A program made the position numbers and the translations under genes. Positions 19,019 through 31,450 of a stretch of DNA of 64,000 bases are shown piece by piece (position 1 is the stretch's first letter; every line of letters starts with the position of its first letter). The notes below the pieces were generated by a model. That model had not been told where the DNA came from. It ran no database searches and worked only from the letters and a program-made list of their open reading frames with translations. The DNA comes from an uncultured Coxiellaceae bacterium (GTDB lineage Bacteria; Pseudomonadota; Gammaproteobacteria; DSM-16500), in contig CAZKUQ010000001.1 of assembly GCA_964555965.1 (NCBI GenBank), forward strand, positions 35,669 through 99,668, given 5' to 3'.

Positions 19019-20005
19019 ATGGAATTTATTAGAGAGAATATATTACTTAATAAATTAATTATTGTTGATGGTATAGGAAAATGCGGTAAATCCATTATGC
19101 TTGATTTGATTAGCTCTTTTCGATCGGTAGAAAAAAAAGACTTTAACCCTTTTTTAGAATACATTGGATTAGCCTATAAATATAATAAAATCTCCATTGA
19201 TATGGCGACTGCAATTTTAAAAACCGAGATGGATTCAGAACTTTATAATAATATGATTGGTAGATATATTAATACACGCTTGTCAGATGATACTTCTTTA
19301 TATAAATACCATTCGCCCGCAAAATATATTGAAAGGTCATTAGCTCAAGATGGACCTGTTGTATCAAAAAAAGTATTGGCTGAAAACCCTATTTATCTTT
19401 GTTGGAGCCACGACTTAATTAATAAATCAGATATTATATTTCATGCTTTTGAATCACGTTTAGAATGGATTTATTTAAATCGCCGACCAATAGACATTAT
19501 TTATGAATGGAACAAAAAAAATTATAGCCAGCGAATGTCAAAAGATCCAACAGAAATGCAATACAGCATCAAATATCAAAACACATGCGTGCCAGAAGTT
19601 GCATTAGGTTGGGAGCAAGAATTTTTAGATATTTCACCCGATGAACGTACTGTTAAAATGATACATACTTACTTTAAATGGAATCGAGAAGCGTTATTTA
19701 AAAAGCAGGATTATAGCAATCTCCATGTTATTAATTTTGAAGATTTAGTAACGCAACCTCTTAGAGAAATTGAAAAATTAAAACAAATTATTGGTAACAA
19801 ACCTTTGCCATGCATTGATAAAATTCTTCTTTCTGCCAATTGTCCGCGAATTATTAATGAACATGAATACGAAGAAAGAGAAACAAATATTAAAAAAAAT
19901 ATTTCAAAAAAATATGCTGATTTAATATCTGAAATAAAATTAATGTACGAAGATATTAAACAACTTGCAACTTTTTCTATCGAAAAAAACGCAATAAATA
20001 ATTGA
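19019..20005 (+). CDS. Hypothetical protein, sulfotransferase-like (tentative)
   Basis: P-loop-like DGIGKCGKS near the N-terminus, central LNRRPIDIIYEW and C-terminal INFEDLVTQPLREIEKLKQIIG. These resemble the 5'-PSB, 3'-PB and C-terminal motifs of PAPS sulfotransferases. Confidence 0.35.
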   Translation: MEFIRENILLNKLIIVDGIGKCGKSIMLDLISSFRSVEKKDFNPFLEYIGLAYKYNKISIDMATAILKTEMDSELYNNMIGRYINTRLSDDTSLYKYHSPAKYIERSLAQDGPVVSKKVLAENPIYLCWSHDLINKSDIIFHAFESRLEWIYLNRRPIDIIYEWNKKNYSQRMSKDPTEMQYSIKYQNTCVPEVALGWEQEFLDISPDERTVKMIHTYFKWNREALFKKQDYSNLHVINFEDLVTQPLREIEKLKQIIGNKPLPCIDKILLSANCPRIINEHEYEERETNIKKNISKKYADLISEIKLMYEDIKQLATFSIEKNAINN

Positions 20006-20046
20006 TAGAATGATTTGAAATCATGTTAAATGGGTATCTGATTTAA

Positions 20047-22225
<2,179 letters not shown>

Positions 22226-22229
<4 letters not shown>

Positions 22230-22975
22230 AAGTTGTTGCAATTGTACAAGCAAGAATGGGATCGACACGCCTTCCTGGCAAAGTCATGATGATGTTAGGT
22301 GATAAATCAATACTTACACATGTTATCACTAGGATTCGTAACGCTGATTTGATTGATGATATTGTGATTGCAACTAGCACATTGCCACAAGATGATGTTA
22401 TCCAGAAGGAAGCAAAAAAATGTAATATTCATTGTTATAGGGGAAGTGAAACAGATGTTTTAACAAGGTATTATGAGGCAGCTAAAAATCATCAAGCAAA
22501 TGTTATTGTGAGAATCACAGCAGATTGTCCGTTTCTTGACCCATTCATATTGAACGATATGATAATTAAATTTAAACAATTACTAAAAGAAAATAAACCA
22601 ATTGATTATTTAAGTAATTGTCTTACTCGATCTTACCCTAGAGGATTAGATATAGAAATTTTCACAATAAAAACATTGCAGCAAACATATCATCAAGCTA
22701 ATCAAGATTATCAAAGAGAACATGTGACACCATACATTTATCAAAATCCACATTTGTTTTCATTGCATAATTATGCAAATCAATTAGATTTATCAGAACA
22801 CAGATGGACATTAGATACGAAGGAAGATTTTGATTTTATTTCTATAGTCTATAATAAATTAAGTATAAAAAATGAAAATTTTACTACAAATGATATTATT
22901 TCTCTCTTACAAAAGGAACCTGAATTAAAATCAATTAATATCCACATAAAACAAAAAGAATTAATTCAGAAATAA
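22226..22975 (+). CDS. SpsF-type cytidylyltransferase, presumed CMP-pseudaminic acid synthetase
   Basis: VAIVQARMGSTRLPGK N-terminal motif of the CTP_transf_3/SpsF group. Located between pseC and a Pse-associated methylase gene. Confidence 0.6.
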
Positions 22976-22990
22976 TAAAAAGGAATTTAT

Positions 22991-23614
22991 ATGGCATTTC
23001 GTAATGAACAAGAAGCATTTTGGGCAGGTGAATTTGGTAAGGAATATGTTGATCGAAACAAAAATCAAATTCTCTTGTCGAGTAATATAGAACTTTTTTC
23101 GAAAATATTTCGTAGAACGCATGATATTAAAAGTGTTATCGAATTTGGTGCAAATGTTGGCTTAAATTTGCAAGCATTAAAATTATTGCTTCCTTATTTA
23201 GAGTTAACTGCGGTTGAGATCAACGAGCATGCTGTTAATGAATTAAAGAAAAATTTGTGGGTAGAAGTACATCATCAGTCAATTGTTGAATTTAAACCTA
23301 AGAAGAAATTTGATTTAACTTTTGTTAAAGGCGTCCTTATTCACATCAATCCTAATGACCTACAAACTGTATACGATTTATTGTATCAAACAAGTACTAA
23401 ATATATTGCAATAGCAGAATATTACAATCCATCACCAGTCACCATTGAATATCGCGGTCATAAAAATAAACTTTTTAAACGTGATTTTTGTGGCGAAATG
23501 CTAGATAAATTTAAAGATTTGAAATTAGTTGATTATGGTTTTTGCTATCACAGAGATACATGTTTTCCACAAGATGATATCACGTGGTTCTTGTTAGAAA
23601 AGAATAATAGTTGA
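22991..23614 (+). CDS. Pseudaminic acid biosynthesis-associated methylase-like protein
   Basis: N-terminal FWAGEFGKEYVDRN, then IEFGANVGLNL (SAM motif I-like). This matches my recollection of the Pse-associated methylase family. Confidence 0.55.
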   Translation: MAFRNEQEAFWAGEFGKEYVDRNKNQILLSSNIELFSKIFRRTHDIKSVIEFGANVGLNLQALKLLLPYLELTAVEINEHAVNELKKNLWVEVHHQSIVEFKPKKKFDLTFVKGVLIHINPNDLQTVYDLLYQTSTKYIAIAEYYNPSPVTIEYRGHKNKLFKRDFCGEMLDKFKDLKLVDYGFCYHRDTCFPQDDITWFLLEKNNS

Positions 23615-23621
23615 GGGGTAT

Positions 23622-24794
23622 ATGATTAAATATTGCAAAATCTGTGTTTTACCTGAAACAAAGCCCGATTTATGGTTTGATGAAAATGGAGTATGTAGTG
23701 CATGTTTGAATTATCAAAATCGTGCGTATATTGATTGGACAGAACGTCGCGAAGAGTTGGAAGCAATATTATCTCGATATCGATCTAAAAACTATTGGGA
23801 TTGCATAGTACCTGTTAGTGGCGGCAAAGACAGTACTTATCAAGTTCTGCGATTATTAGAACTTAATATGAATCCGCTATGTGTGACATCAACAACATGT
23901 GACTTATCACGCATCGGTAGGAAAAATATTGAAAATATTAAAAATTTTGGTGTTGATTATGTTGAATTTTCGCCAAATAAAAAAATACGAAGTCAATTAA
24001 ATCGTATAGGATTGACAGAGGTTGGTGATATCTCTTGGCCTGAACATGTAGGTATATTTACCATTCCTGTTCGTGCAGCCGTTCAATTTGGCATTAAATT
24101 AATTATATGGGGGGAAAACTCTCAAAATGAATACGGAGGTCCGGCTGCAGCAAGTGATAATCATTTTTTAGATCGGAATTGGTTAGAAGAGTTTGGCGGA
24201 CTTTTAGGATTAAGAGTGTCAGATTTATCTGCAGCCTATGGTATCAAAGAAAAAAATCTTATTCCTTATCAATATCCAACAGATGAACAATTAAAAACAG
24301 TTGGCGTGACAGGATTATTTCTTGGTCACTACATTCCATGGGATGGCTACTCAAATGCGTTGATATCTCAAGCATTTGGCTTAACAACTTATGATAAAGT
24401 TGTTGAAGGCTCTGGTGTTAACTATGAAAATCTAGATAATTATCAGACTGGTATTCATGATTATTTTAAATTTTTAAAATTTGGTTTTGGTCGAGCAACT
24501 GATATTGCCTCATTACATGTTAGACGCGGCCGAATTACGCGATTTGATGCACTTAACATAATTAAGATACATGATGGTAAATTTCCTTGCTCTTATTTAG
24601 GTAAAAGCCTAGATAAGGTATTAAAACCACTGAATTTGTCAGTAGAAGAATTTATTACAATCGCTGATCAGTTTACCAATAAAAAATTATTCAAAACAGA
24701 TTCACAAGGCCGATTAATCAAAGATAAACATGGTAATTTGTCAAAAATTAATTACGACAATGATGACGTTGTAAAACTAAATATGGTTATATGA
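23622..24794 (+). CDS. N-acetyl sugar amidotransferase (WbpG/PseA/WbuX family), copy 2
   Basis: CKICVLPETKP...CSAC, PP-loop VPVSGGKDSTY, and FGFGRATDIA...RRG. Confidence 0.75.
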   Translation: MIKYCKICVLPETKPDLWFDENGVCSACLNYQNRAYIDWTERREELEAILSRYRSKNYWDCIVPVSGGKDSTYQVLRLLELNMNPLCVTSTTCDLSRIGRKNIENIKNFGVDYVEFSPNKKIRSQLNRIGLTEVGDISWPEHVGIFTIPVRAAVQFGIKLIIWGENSQNEYGGPAAASDNHFLDRNWLEEFGGLLGLRVSDLSAAYGIKEKNLIPYQYPTDEQLKTVGVTGLFLGHYIPWDGYSNALISQAFGLTTYDKVVEGSGVNYENLDNYQTGIHDYFKFLKFGFGRATDIASLHVRRGRITRFDALNIIKIHDGKFPCSYLGKSLDKVLKPLNLSVEEFITIADQFTNKKLFKTDSQGRLIKDKHGNLSKINYDNDDVVKLNMVI

Positions 24795-25405
24795 GTATTG
24801 CAATAATCGATTATGAAGCTGGTAATACAGGTTCTCTCAAATACGCATTAAATGAAAGCGGATTTGAGAGTTACATTGCATATGAGCCAAAAGATCTTGA
24901 TAAAGCTAGCCATATTATTTTGCCTGGTGTCGGTTCGTTTAACAAAGCAATGCATGTATTACGTGAGAGAAAATTAGATTATTCCATTAAGAAATCAGTT
25001 TTAAAACGAAAAATTCCTATATTAGGAATTTGCTTAGGCATGCATGTCTTAGCTACTAAAGGAATAGAAGGCGGCGAAACACAAGGATTAGATTTGATTC
25101 CTGGTGTTGTTTGCTTACTCGAATCTACGCAGAGTAAAATTCGACTACCCCATATTGGATGGAATGAAACATGGTTTGAAAATGGGGCTTCTTTGTTCAG
25201 CAGTATACCATCGGGCAGCGATTTTTATTTTTTACATAGTTATCATTTTGCAACACAAGATCCAGCAACTATTATTGCAAAGACAAATTATGGTTGTGCT
25301 TTCGCATCAGTTGTTATGAAAGATAATATCTATGGAGTGCAATTTCATCCTGAAAAAAGTGGTCGGTTAGGCAGACAATTATTAAAAAATTTTGCGTCAT
25401 TGTAG
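24791..25405 (+). CDS. HisH-like glutamine amidotransferase subunit, copy 2
   Basis: IAIIDYEAGNTGS, LPGVGSF, GICLGMH and FHPEKS motifs. ATGA overlap with the upstream gene. Confidence 0.8.
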   Translation: MSIAIIDYEAGNTGSLKYALNESGFESYIAYEPKDLDKASHIILPGVGSFNKAMHVLRERKLDYSIKKSVLKRKIPILGICLGMHVLATKGIEGGETQGLDLIPGVVCLLESTQSKIRLPHIGWNETWFENGASLFSSIPSGSDFYFLHSYHFATQDPATIIAKTNYGCAFASVVMKDNIYGVQFHPEKSGRLGRQLLKNFASL

Positions 25406-25414
25406 GCATACTTT

Positions 25415-26182
25415 ATGCTCAAATATCGTGTCATACCCACTTTATTATTGAAAGATATTGGCTTAGTAAAGGGCAAATTATTTAATAATTCTCGGCGAGT
25501 TGGTAGCATTTTGCCTGCAATCAAAGTTTATAATAATCGCGAAGTAGATGAGCTCGTTATATTTGATATTTCTGCTACGATTAATTCTAGACCACCTGAT
25601 TTTGATATTATCGCAAGTATTACACCATATTGTTTGATGCCATTAACAGTAGGTGGTGGAATTACTGAGTTAATCCATATACAAAAACTTTTACAACTAG
25701 GTGTAGATAAAGTAACGATTAATACTGCTGCGTACCATAACTTAAAGCTAATTGAAGATGCTGCGAATAAATTTGGAAGTCAATGTATTGTTACATGTAT
25801 AGATGCAAAAAAAGTTGCAACAGGTACGTATAGTTGTTTTAGCAAAATTGGTACTCATAATCAGAATCTAAATCCTGTTCAATGGGCAAAACAACTTGAA
25901 AATCATGGGGCAGGTGAAATATTAATAACATCTGTTGAAAAAGACGGAACAATGTCTGGTTATGATTTAGAACTTATTAGTCTTATTACTAACGCAGTAA
26001 ACATACCAGTTATCGCATCTGGTGGCGCAGGTGAACCTGAACATGCATATCAAGTAATTACATTAGCAGGAGCATCAGCTGTTGCAGCTGCTAGTATTTT
26101 TCATTTTACTGAGCAAACACCTTTGAGCATCAAACATTATTTATCGCAAAAAGGCGTACCAGTTCGAAAAAATTTTTTATAA
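25415..26182 (+). CDS. HisF-like cyclase subunit, copy 2
   Basis: RVIPTLLLK, DELVIFD, VGGGI, EKDGTMSGYD and ASGGAG motifs. Confidence 0.8.
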   Translation: MLKYRVIPTLLLKDIGLVKGKLFNNSRRVGSILPAIKVYNNREVDELVIFDISATINSRPPDFDIIASITPYCLMPLTVGGGITELIHIQKLLQLGVDKVTINTAAYHNLKLIEDAANKFGSQCIVTCIDAKKVATGTYSCFSKIGTHNQNLNPVQWAKQLENHGAGEILITSVEKDGTMSGYDLELISLITNAVNIPVIASGGAGEPEHAYQVITLAGASAVAAASIFHFTEQTPLSIKHYLSQKGVPVRKNFL

Positions 26183-26247
26183 ATAAATAATATGAGTTTA
26201 AAAATAGAAAGAATGATTTTAATAAATATGCTCTTAATAGAGACTAT

Positions 26248-26964
26248 ATGACTAAATCATATATTATTTCGGCCAACAACCTTTGGCAGCCAAAGATAAT
26301 TGAAAACCTGACAAGAAAAATTCCCGGTGAATTTATTTTAATTGAAGATAAAAAACAACTTACTTTTGATTTCATAAAAAAAATAAATCCCCAATTTATT
26401 TTTTTTACTCATTGGTCATATTATATTTCTCAAGAAATTTACGAAAAATTTGAGTGTATTGTGTTTCACATGACAGATTTACCATTTGGACGAGGTGGTA
26501 GTCCGCTACAAAATTTGATAAGCAGGGGTATACAAGAAACCAAACTATCCGCTATAAAATGCGTTGAGGAAATAGATGCCGGGCCAATTTATTTAAAATA
26601 TCCGTTATCTTTGCTAGGAACTGCCCAAGAAATTTTTGAAAACGCAAACTCTATTATGGAAGATATGATTGTTGAAATTATAAAAAAGAAACCAACGCCT
26701 CAACCTCAAAATGGTGAACCAGTCTATTTTACTCGACGCAAACCTGAGGAAGGAAATATTGCTAATTTAGATGATTTAGAAAAAATCTATGATTACATAA
26801 GAATGCTAGATGCAAATAATTATCCACATGCTTTTATAGAAACTGATTTTCTGCATTTCGAATTTACTCAAGCGACCTTGCTGCAAGGAGAACTTATTGC
26901 AAATGTCAAAATTACAAAGAAAAAAAATAGCAAAAACAGTGGCAGTGATAGCTGCTCATCCTGA
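26248..26964 (+). CDS. Formyltransferase-domain protein (Fmt N-terminal domain-like)
   Basis: VFHMTDLPFGRGGSPLQNLI aligns with the HPSLLPxxRG motif of formyltransferases. The low-complexity C-terminal tail (KKKNSKNSGSDSCSS) lies in the overlap with the next gene. Confidence 0.5.
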   Translation: MTKSYIISANNLWQPKIIENLTRKIPGEFILIEDKKQLTFDFIKKINPQFIFFTHWSYYISQEIYEKFECIVFHMTDLPFGRGGSPLQNLISRGIQETKLSAIKCVEEIDAGPIYLKYPLSLLGTAQEIFENANSIMEDMIVEIIKKKPTPQPQNGEPVYFTRRKPEEGNIANLDDLEKIYDYIRMLDANNYPHAFIETDFLHFEFTQATLLQGELIANVKITKKKNSKNSGSDSCSS

Positions 26965-27619
26965 TGATGAGATTTTAGGTTGTGGTGCCACAATTGCGAA
27001 ACATATTAAAAACGGGGATGAAGTACATGTATTAATATTGGCAGAAGGCTTGACAAGCAGACTACCAAAACGCGATCGTGATGTGATTGCGGAAGAGCTT
27101 AATTTATTAGCTGTAAGCGCAAAAGAAGCAAATGATTATCTTGGTGTTTCTTCTTTGAATTTGCATAATTTTCCAGACAATCGCATGGATAGTCTGGAAT
27201 TAATAAATATTGTTAAAGTTATTGAAAATTTTATCAGTAAGTATAAACCGCAAGTTGTATATACGCATCATTGCGGTGATGTGAATATTGATCATCGGCT
27301 GGTTAGTCAATCAGTTGTAGTTGCATGTCGTCCAATACCGAATTCTGTGGTAGAAAGAATTTTATTTTTTGAAGTAGCATCAAGTACTGAATGGCAACCG
27401 CAGTCTGCTTTTCCTTCCTTTCATCCCAACTGGTTTGTCGATGTTACCCAAACGTTGGACCAAAAATTAGCTGCGTTAGTTATTTATAAAGATGAAATGC
27501 GGTCTTGGCCACATCCAAGATCTGTTCAAGCATTAGAACATTTAGCTAGATGGCGTGGTTCAACGGTCGGTGTGGAGGCAGCAGAAGCATTTATATTAGG
27601 AAGAAATACAGATCGATAA
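26897..27619 (+). CDS. PIG-L/LmbE-family N-deacetylase
   Basis: AVIAAHPDDEILGCG and HHCGDVNIDH zinc-site motifs. Start uncertain (ATG 26897, ATG 26903 or GTG 26939). Confidence 0.7.
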   Translation: MQMSKLQRKKIAKTVAVIAAHPDDEILGCGATIAKHIKNGDEVHVLILAEGLTSRLPKRDRDVIAEELNLLAVSAKEANDYLGVSSLNLHNFPDNRMDSLELINIVKVIENFISKYKPQVVYTHHCGDVNIDHRLVSQSVVVACRPIPNSVVERILFFEVASSTEWQPQSAFPSFHPNWFVDVTQTLDQKLAALVIYKDEMRSWPHPRSVQALEHLARWRGSTVGVEAAEAFILGRNTDR

Positions 27620-27642
27620 TTCTAGATAATTAGGAATTCATA

Positions 27643-28695
27643 ATGCAGGATATTATCATTAAAGATCGAGTTATTGGCCTAGGCCATAAGCCATTTATTA
27701 TTGCTGAAATGTCTGGAAATCATAATCAATCTCTAGATAGAGCATGTGAAATAGTCAAAGCTGCGGCAAAAGCAAAGGTTGATGCAATAAAATTGCAAAC
27801 ATACACAGCTGAAACTATGACAATTAATTTAAGTGAAAAAGAATTTTTTATAAATGATCCAAATAGTTTGTGGCAGGGTAACTCTCTTTTCACGCTTTAC
27901 CAAAAAGCATACACACCATGGGAATGGCACAAAGCTATTTTTGATTTATGTAATCAATATGGAATAATTTGTTTTAGCACACCATTTGATGCATCTGCAG
28001 TTGATTTTCTCGAATCGCTTAACGTACCGCTATATAAAATTGCCTCTTTTGAAAATACTGACTTAGCGCTTATTCGTAAAGTTGTTGCAACAGGGAAACC
28101 GATTATCATTTCAACCGGAATGGCCTCATTATCAGAGCTTGATGAGGCAGTTAGAGTTGCGCGCGAAGCAGGTTGTGAGAACTTAATTCTATTAAAATGT
28201 ACTAGCGCTTACCCAGCATCTCCTGATGATTCAAATATTAGAACAATTTCACACATGCGTGATTTATTTCAATGTCAAGTTGGGCTATCTGATCACACCT
28301 TAGGTGTTGGTGCAGCAGTTGCTAGTGTCGCGCTAGGCGCGACAGTGATAGAAAAACATTTTACGCTTTCTCGATCAGAAGGTGGTGTTGATTCTGCATT
28401 TTCTTTAGAGCCATCAGAAATGCAATTATTGGTAGACGAAACAGAAAGAGCGTGGCGTTCTTTAGGGAAAATTACGTATGAAGCTAGTGAAAAAGAAAAA
28501 GCATCTTTAGTTTATAGACGTTCTTTGTATGTAGTTGAAGATATGAATAAAGGCGACATATTTTCTCTAACAAATGTTCGAGCTATTCGCCCAGGTTTTG
28601 GACTATTACCGAAGTACTTGCCGCAACTTTTAGGAAAACGAATTAATCGTGATGTTCAAAAAGGTACGCCTGTTGCTTGGGAATTAATCGGCTAA
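27643..28695 (+). CDS. pseI: Pseudaminic acid synthase, PseI (NeuB family)
   Basis: FIIAEMSGNHNQSLDRA, STPFD, LSDHTLG and a C-terminal SAF-like domain (VRAIRPGFGL). AEMSGNHN is PseI-like, unlike the AEAGVNHNG of the second NeuB homolog in this window. Confidence 0.75.
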   Translation: MQDIIIKDRVIGLGHKPFIIAEMSGNHNQSLDRACEIVKAAAKAKVDAIKLQTYTAETMTINLSEKEFFINDPNSLWQGNSLFTLYQKAYTPWEWHKAIFDLCNQYGIICFSTPFDASAVDFLESLNVPLYKIASFENTDLALIRKVVATGKPIIISTGMASLSELDEAVRVAREAGCENLILLKCTSAYPASPDDSNIRTISHMRDLFQCQVGLSDHTLGVGAAVASVALGATVIEKHFTLSRSEGGVDSAFSLEPSEMQLLVDETERAWRSLGKITYEASEKEKASLVYRRSLYVVEDMNKGDIFSLTNVRAIRPGFGLLPKYLPQLLGKRINRDVQKGTPVAWELIG

Positions 28696-28721
28696 ATTAG
28701 ATATGTCGAAAAAAACTTTAC

Positions 28722-30563
28722 TTGAATAAAATTGGCGACGGAGCCCAAATGTTTTTAGCATTAACAGCAATAGAAGAATGTTGGGATACTTCGCAACCAA
28801 TGTTGTTTTTGGGCGAATGGTGTAAAGATTACAAACGAAAGCATATTTGGGAAAAACTAGATGCTTCTGTTTTGCAATCAACGAAATTAGATTATGCAAA
28901 TTCTTACGATGCCTATCTTCATGCAATGTCTATTTATGAGAAGCTATTGCCTAAAGTAGCTGATTGGCTAAATGAGCTTCATGGCACAAAACATTCATTA
29001 AAATATTGGAGGCTTCTGGCTGGCCCCTTTTTGTTTTGGTATACCCAAGTTGTTTATCATCGATTTCTTTATCTAGATGCTGCTTATCATGAATATCCAG
29101 ATCTTGAAACTTATGGATTATCACATCAAAATTTTTTGACTCCGGTAAATACTAATGAGTTTCAATGCTTTGCTGTACAAAGTGATGCTTGGAATTTACA
29201 AATTTTAACACAGTTATCGGAGCTATATTTAAAAAAGCCACTTTGCTACAAAAAAATAGAATGTCAAATCGAACAAGAGCAGCGAAAAGCGAATATTAGT
29301 GTTTCATATAAACCTCGCACAAAATTTTTATTATTAATGCTACGCTTAATTAATAAAATTTCAAGATTACAAAATGTAGGTTTACTCAGTGGTTTTTCTA
29401 CAAGAGAAATGTTCAAATTAGCGCTAACTTCAGGCTTTCGAATTCTACCAGTTCTTCCAACAAAACCAATAAATCGTGGAGAAACATTAGATAAATCAAT
29501 TTATGCAATAGATATTATCGATATAAAAAAACGTCAACAATTACTTAATATTTCTGTTGAAGATGAATTATCAAAATTAGTCATTAATACTTTACCATTT
29601 AACATACCAATCAATCTTATTGAAGGATATCATAGAGAAGTTTCAGCAAGTAAAAAATATTTTCCTTATGCATGTAAAGTGATACTACAGGAACAAGTCG
29701 CAAGTTATGATCAATATAAATTTTGGATTGGCGATCAAATAGAGAAAGGTGCAGTACTAGTTGGATATCAACATGGTGGTTGTTATGGTATGCAAAAAGC
29801 ATCTTCTGCTGAATTTTTAGAATGCCATACCAGTGATTTTTTTATTTCATGGGGCTGGGGCCCATGTAGAAATGTTTTACCAGCTCCTTTACCACATATT
29901 CATAAGTTTATTTCTCAATATGCTCGAAAAGAAAAAGCTGAAAATCTGACAGAAATCGTATGGGTTGCAACATTATACATCCGTTACGCGATAGCAATAC
30001 ATGATTGGTCGATTACAAAAAAACCGTATCTTGATTTTCAAAAAAAATTCTTTGATGCATTAGAAAAAAAAATTGCTTCTGAGATATGTATGAGACTTAA
30101 TCCATCATTTGATAATTTTAATGAAGTTAAGGAATATTTTCCTAATTTGAATATTTATTCACCTCAAAATCGCGAAAGTTTTTTTGCACATATGAGTCGT
30201 GCAAAGATAATGGTGATTGATAATCCAAATACATCATTTCTTTATGCATTAACATTTAATGTTCCCACTCTCTTATTTTGGGATAAAAATTATTGGGTAT
30301 TTCGTGATGAAGCAAAACCTTATCTAGATGGGTTAAAATTGGTAGGGATTTATCATGAGTCACCTGAGGCAGCTGCAAATATGCTGAATAAAATTTCAGA
30401 TAATCCTCATCTATGGTGGTATAGCAAACCTGTTCAATTGGCTAGACAACAATTTTGCGATCATTTTTCTAAAATATCATCAAATTATCTTCGTGATTGG
30501 TCTGATCTACTCTTAGGGTTGATAAAAAATTCTGCAGAACAAATGAGTTTAGTAAATGATTGA
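28722..30563 (+). CDS. Large hypothetical protein, candidate nonulosonic-acid transferase
   Basis: 613-aa ORF with no family I can name confidently. It may belong to the LIC12162-type putative transferases found next to NulO genes (from memory). Start is TTG 28722 or ATG 28749. Confidence 0.3.
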   Translation: MNKIGDGAQMFLALTAIEECWDTSQPMLFLGEWCKDYKRKHIWEKLDASVLQSTKLDYANSYDAYLHAMSIYEKLLPKVADWLNELHGTKHSLKYWRLLAGPFLFWYTQVVYHRFLYLDAAYHEYPDLETYGLSHQNFLTPVNTNEFQCFAVQSDAWNLQILTQLSELYLKKPLCYKKIECQIEQEQRKANISVSYKPRTKFLLLMLRLINKISRLQNVGLLSGFSTREMFKLALTSGFRILPVLPTKPINRGETLDKSIYAIDIIDIKKRQQLLNISVEDELSKLVINTLPFNIPINLIEGYHREVSASKKYFPYACKVILQEQVASYDQYKFWIGDQIEKGAVLVGYQHGGCYGMQKASSAEFLECHTSDFFISWGWGPCRNVLPAPLPHIHKFISQYARKEKAENLTEIVWVATLYIRYAIAIHDWSITKKPYLDFQKKFFDALEKKIASEICMRLNPSFDNFNEVKEYFPNLNIYSPQNRESFFAHMSRAKIMVIDNPNTSFLYALTFNVPTLLFWDKNYWVFRDEAKPYLDGLKLVGIYHESPEAAANMLNKISDNPHLWWYSKPVQLARQQFCDHFSKISSNYLRDWSDLLLGLIKNSAEQMSLVND

Positions 30564-31440
30564 AAACCATAATATATGTGATTTTAGCGTATTTAATGAA
30601 AGTTTCGAGCCATTCAACTATCTTGGTCATCGAGATAAGCAAGTTGTTAGACAATGTATCCAAAATTTTTCTGCTGTAGTTGGATTAGTAAGATCAAATG
30701 GTTCCGTTCCAAAAGTTCTTGAAACGGGCGCAGGATTATCAACCATCATTTTTTCTAAACTGCTAAATCTTTCCGGCGAACATATTAAAACAATCGATGC
30801 GTTTGCTATTGAAGCAATTCAACTTAATTCAAGAGGCACAGGTGATCATTTTAAACTGACTGAATTAAGAAATTGTGACATTGTGAAAGGAGTGACTATT
30901 GATTTTGATGAATTAGATAAATTTTATCAATCAAAAAGTAGCACGATTATGTCATTATCGAGCGATCAAGTTTTATCTAATTTAGATTTATTTTTTAATT
31001 TTAATATGGAAGATAGAAATTATAAAAAAGTGAGTCATATCATAAAATCTAATCATGTTATTTCATCAAAATTAAAAAATTATTTTATTGAAAATAGTTT
31101 GTTTGCAAACGAACTAATAAAGGCCTATCGAACAGATAACGACGAATTTAATTTTTTAAAGTCGACACAATCTAAACCGATTTTAAGAGACACATTACAA
31201 TACTATTCACCTAATATTATTTATTTAGATTCAGGCGAATTTTCTAGTGTGATTGAATTCAATATTATTGATGAATTAACTCAAGTAGACACGTTATTAA
31301 TTGTACAAGATATATTTTTTCCCAAATCGATCAAGTCATTTTTAATTTCTTCTGCCATTCTCTCGTCAAATCGATGGCGAGTATTATGGATAGATAGAAC
31401 AACACCACAAGGCATGCTTATTTGCAAAAAATATCAATAA
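30556..31440 (+). CDS. Hypothetical protein, possible class I methyltransferase fold
   Basis: The only hint is VLETGAGLSTIIF (motif I-like). The coding call rests on a long uninterrupted ORF tightly packed within the operon. Confidence 0.3.
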   Translation: MIENHNICDFSVFNESFEPFNYLGHRDKQVVRQCIQNFSAVVGLVRSNGSVPKVLETGAGLSTIIFSKLLNLSGEHIKTIDAFAIEAIQLNSRGTGDHFKLTELRNCDIVKGVTIDFDELDKFYQSKSSTIMSLSSDQVLSNLDLFFNFNMEDRNYKKVSHIIKSNHVISSKLKNYFIENSLFANELIKAYRTDNDEFNFLKSTQSKPILRDTLQYYSPNIIYLDSGEFSSVIEFNIIDELTQVDTLLIVQDIFFPKSIKSFLISSAILSSNRWRVLWIDRTTPQGMLICKKYQ

Positions 31441-31450
31441 GGGATAAGCG

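Noticed and set aside
28684-28926. 80-aa minus-strand ORF at the pseI / orphan-gene junction. The same applies to the other short internal ORFs in the track (e.g. 4849-5031, 14279-14482, 20423-20651, 25104-25319, 31384-31593, 31773-32424, 35625-35888, 37073-37291, 39523-39783, 40553-40753, 43484-43672, 44624-44824, 47853-48059, 49947-50138, 52184-52700, 53250-53462, 53701-53958, 58352-58837, 60535-60845, 61484-61753, 62340-62558)
   Set aside because: All of them overlap longer ORFs with family-level motifs, either antisense or in an alternative frame. I treat them as spurious.
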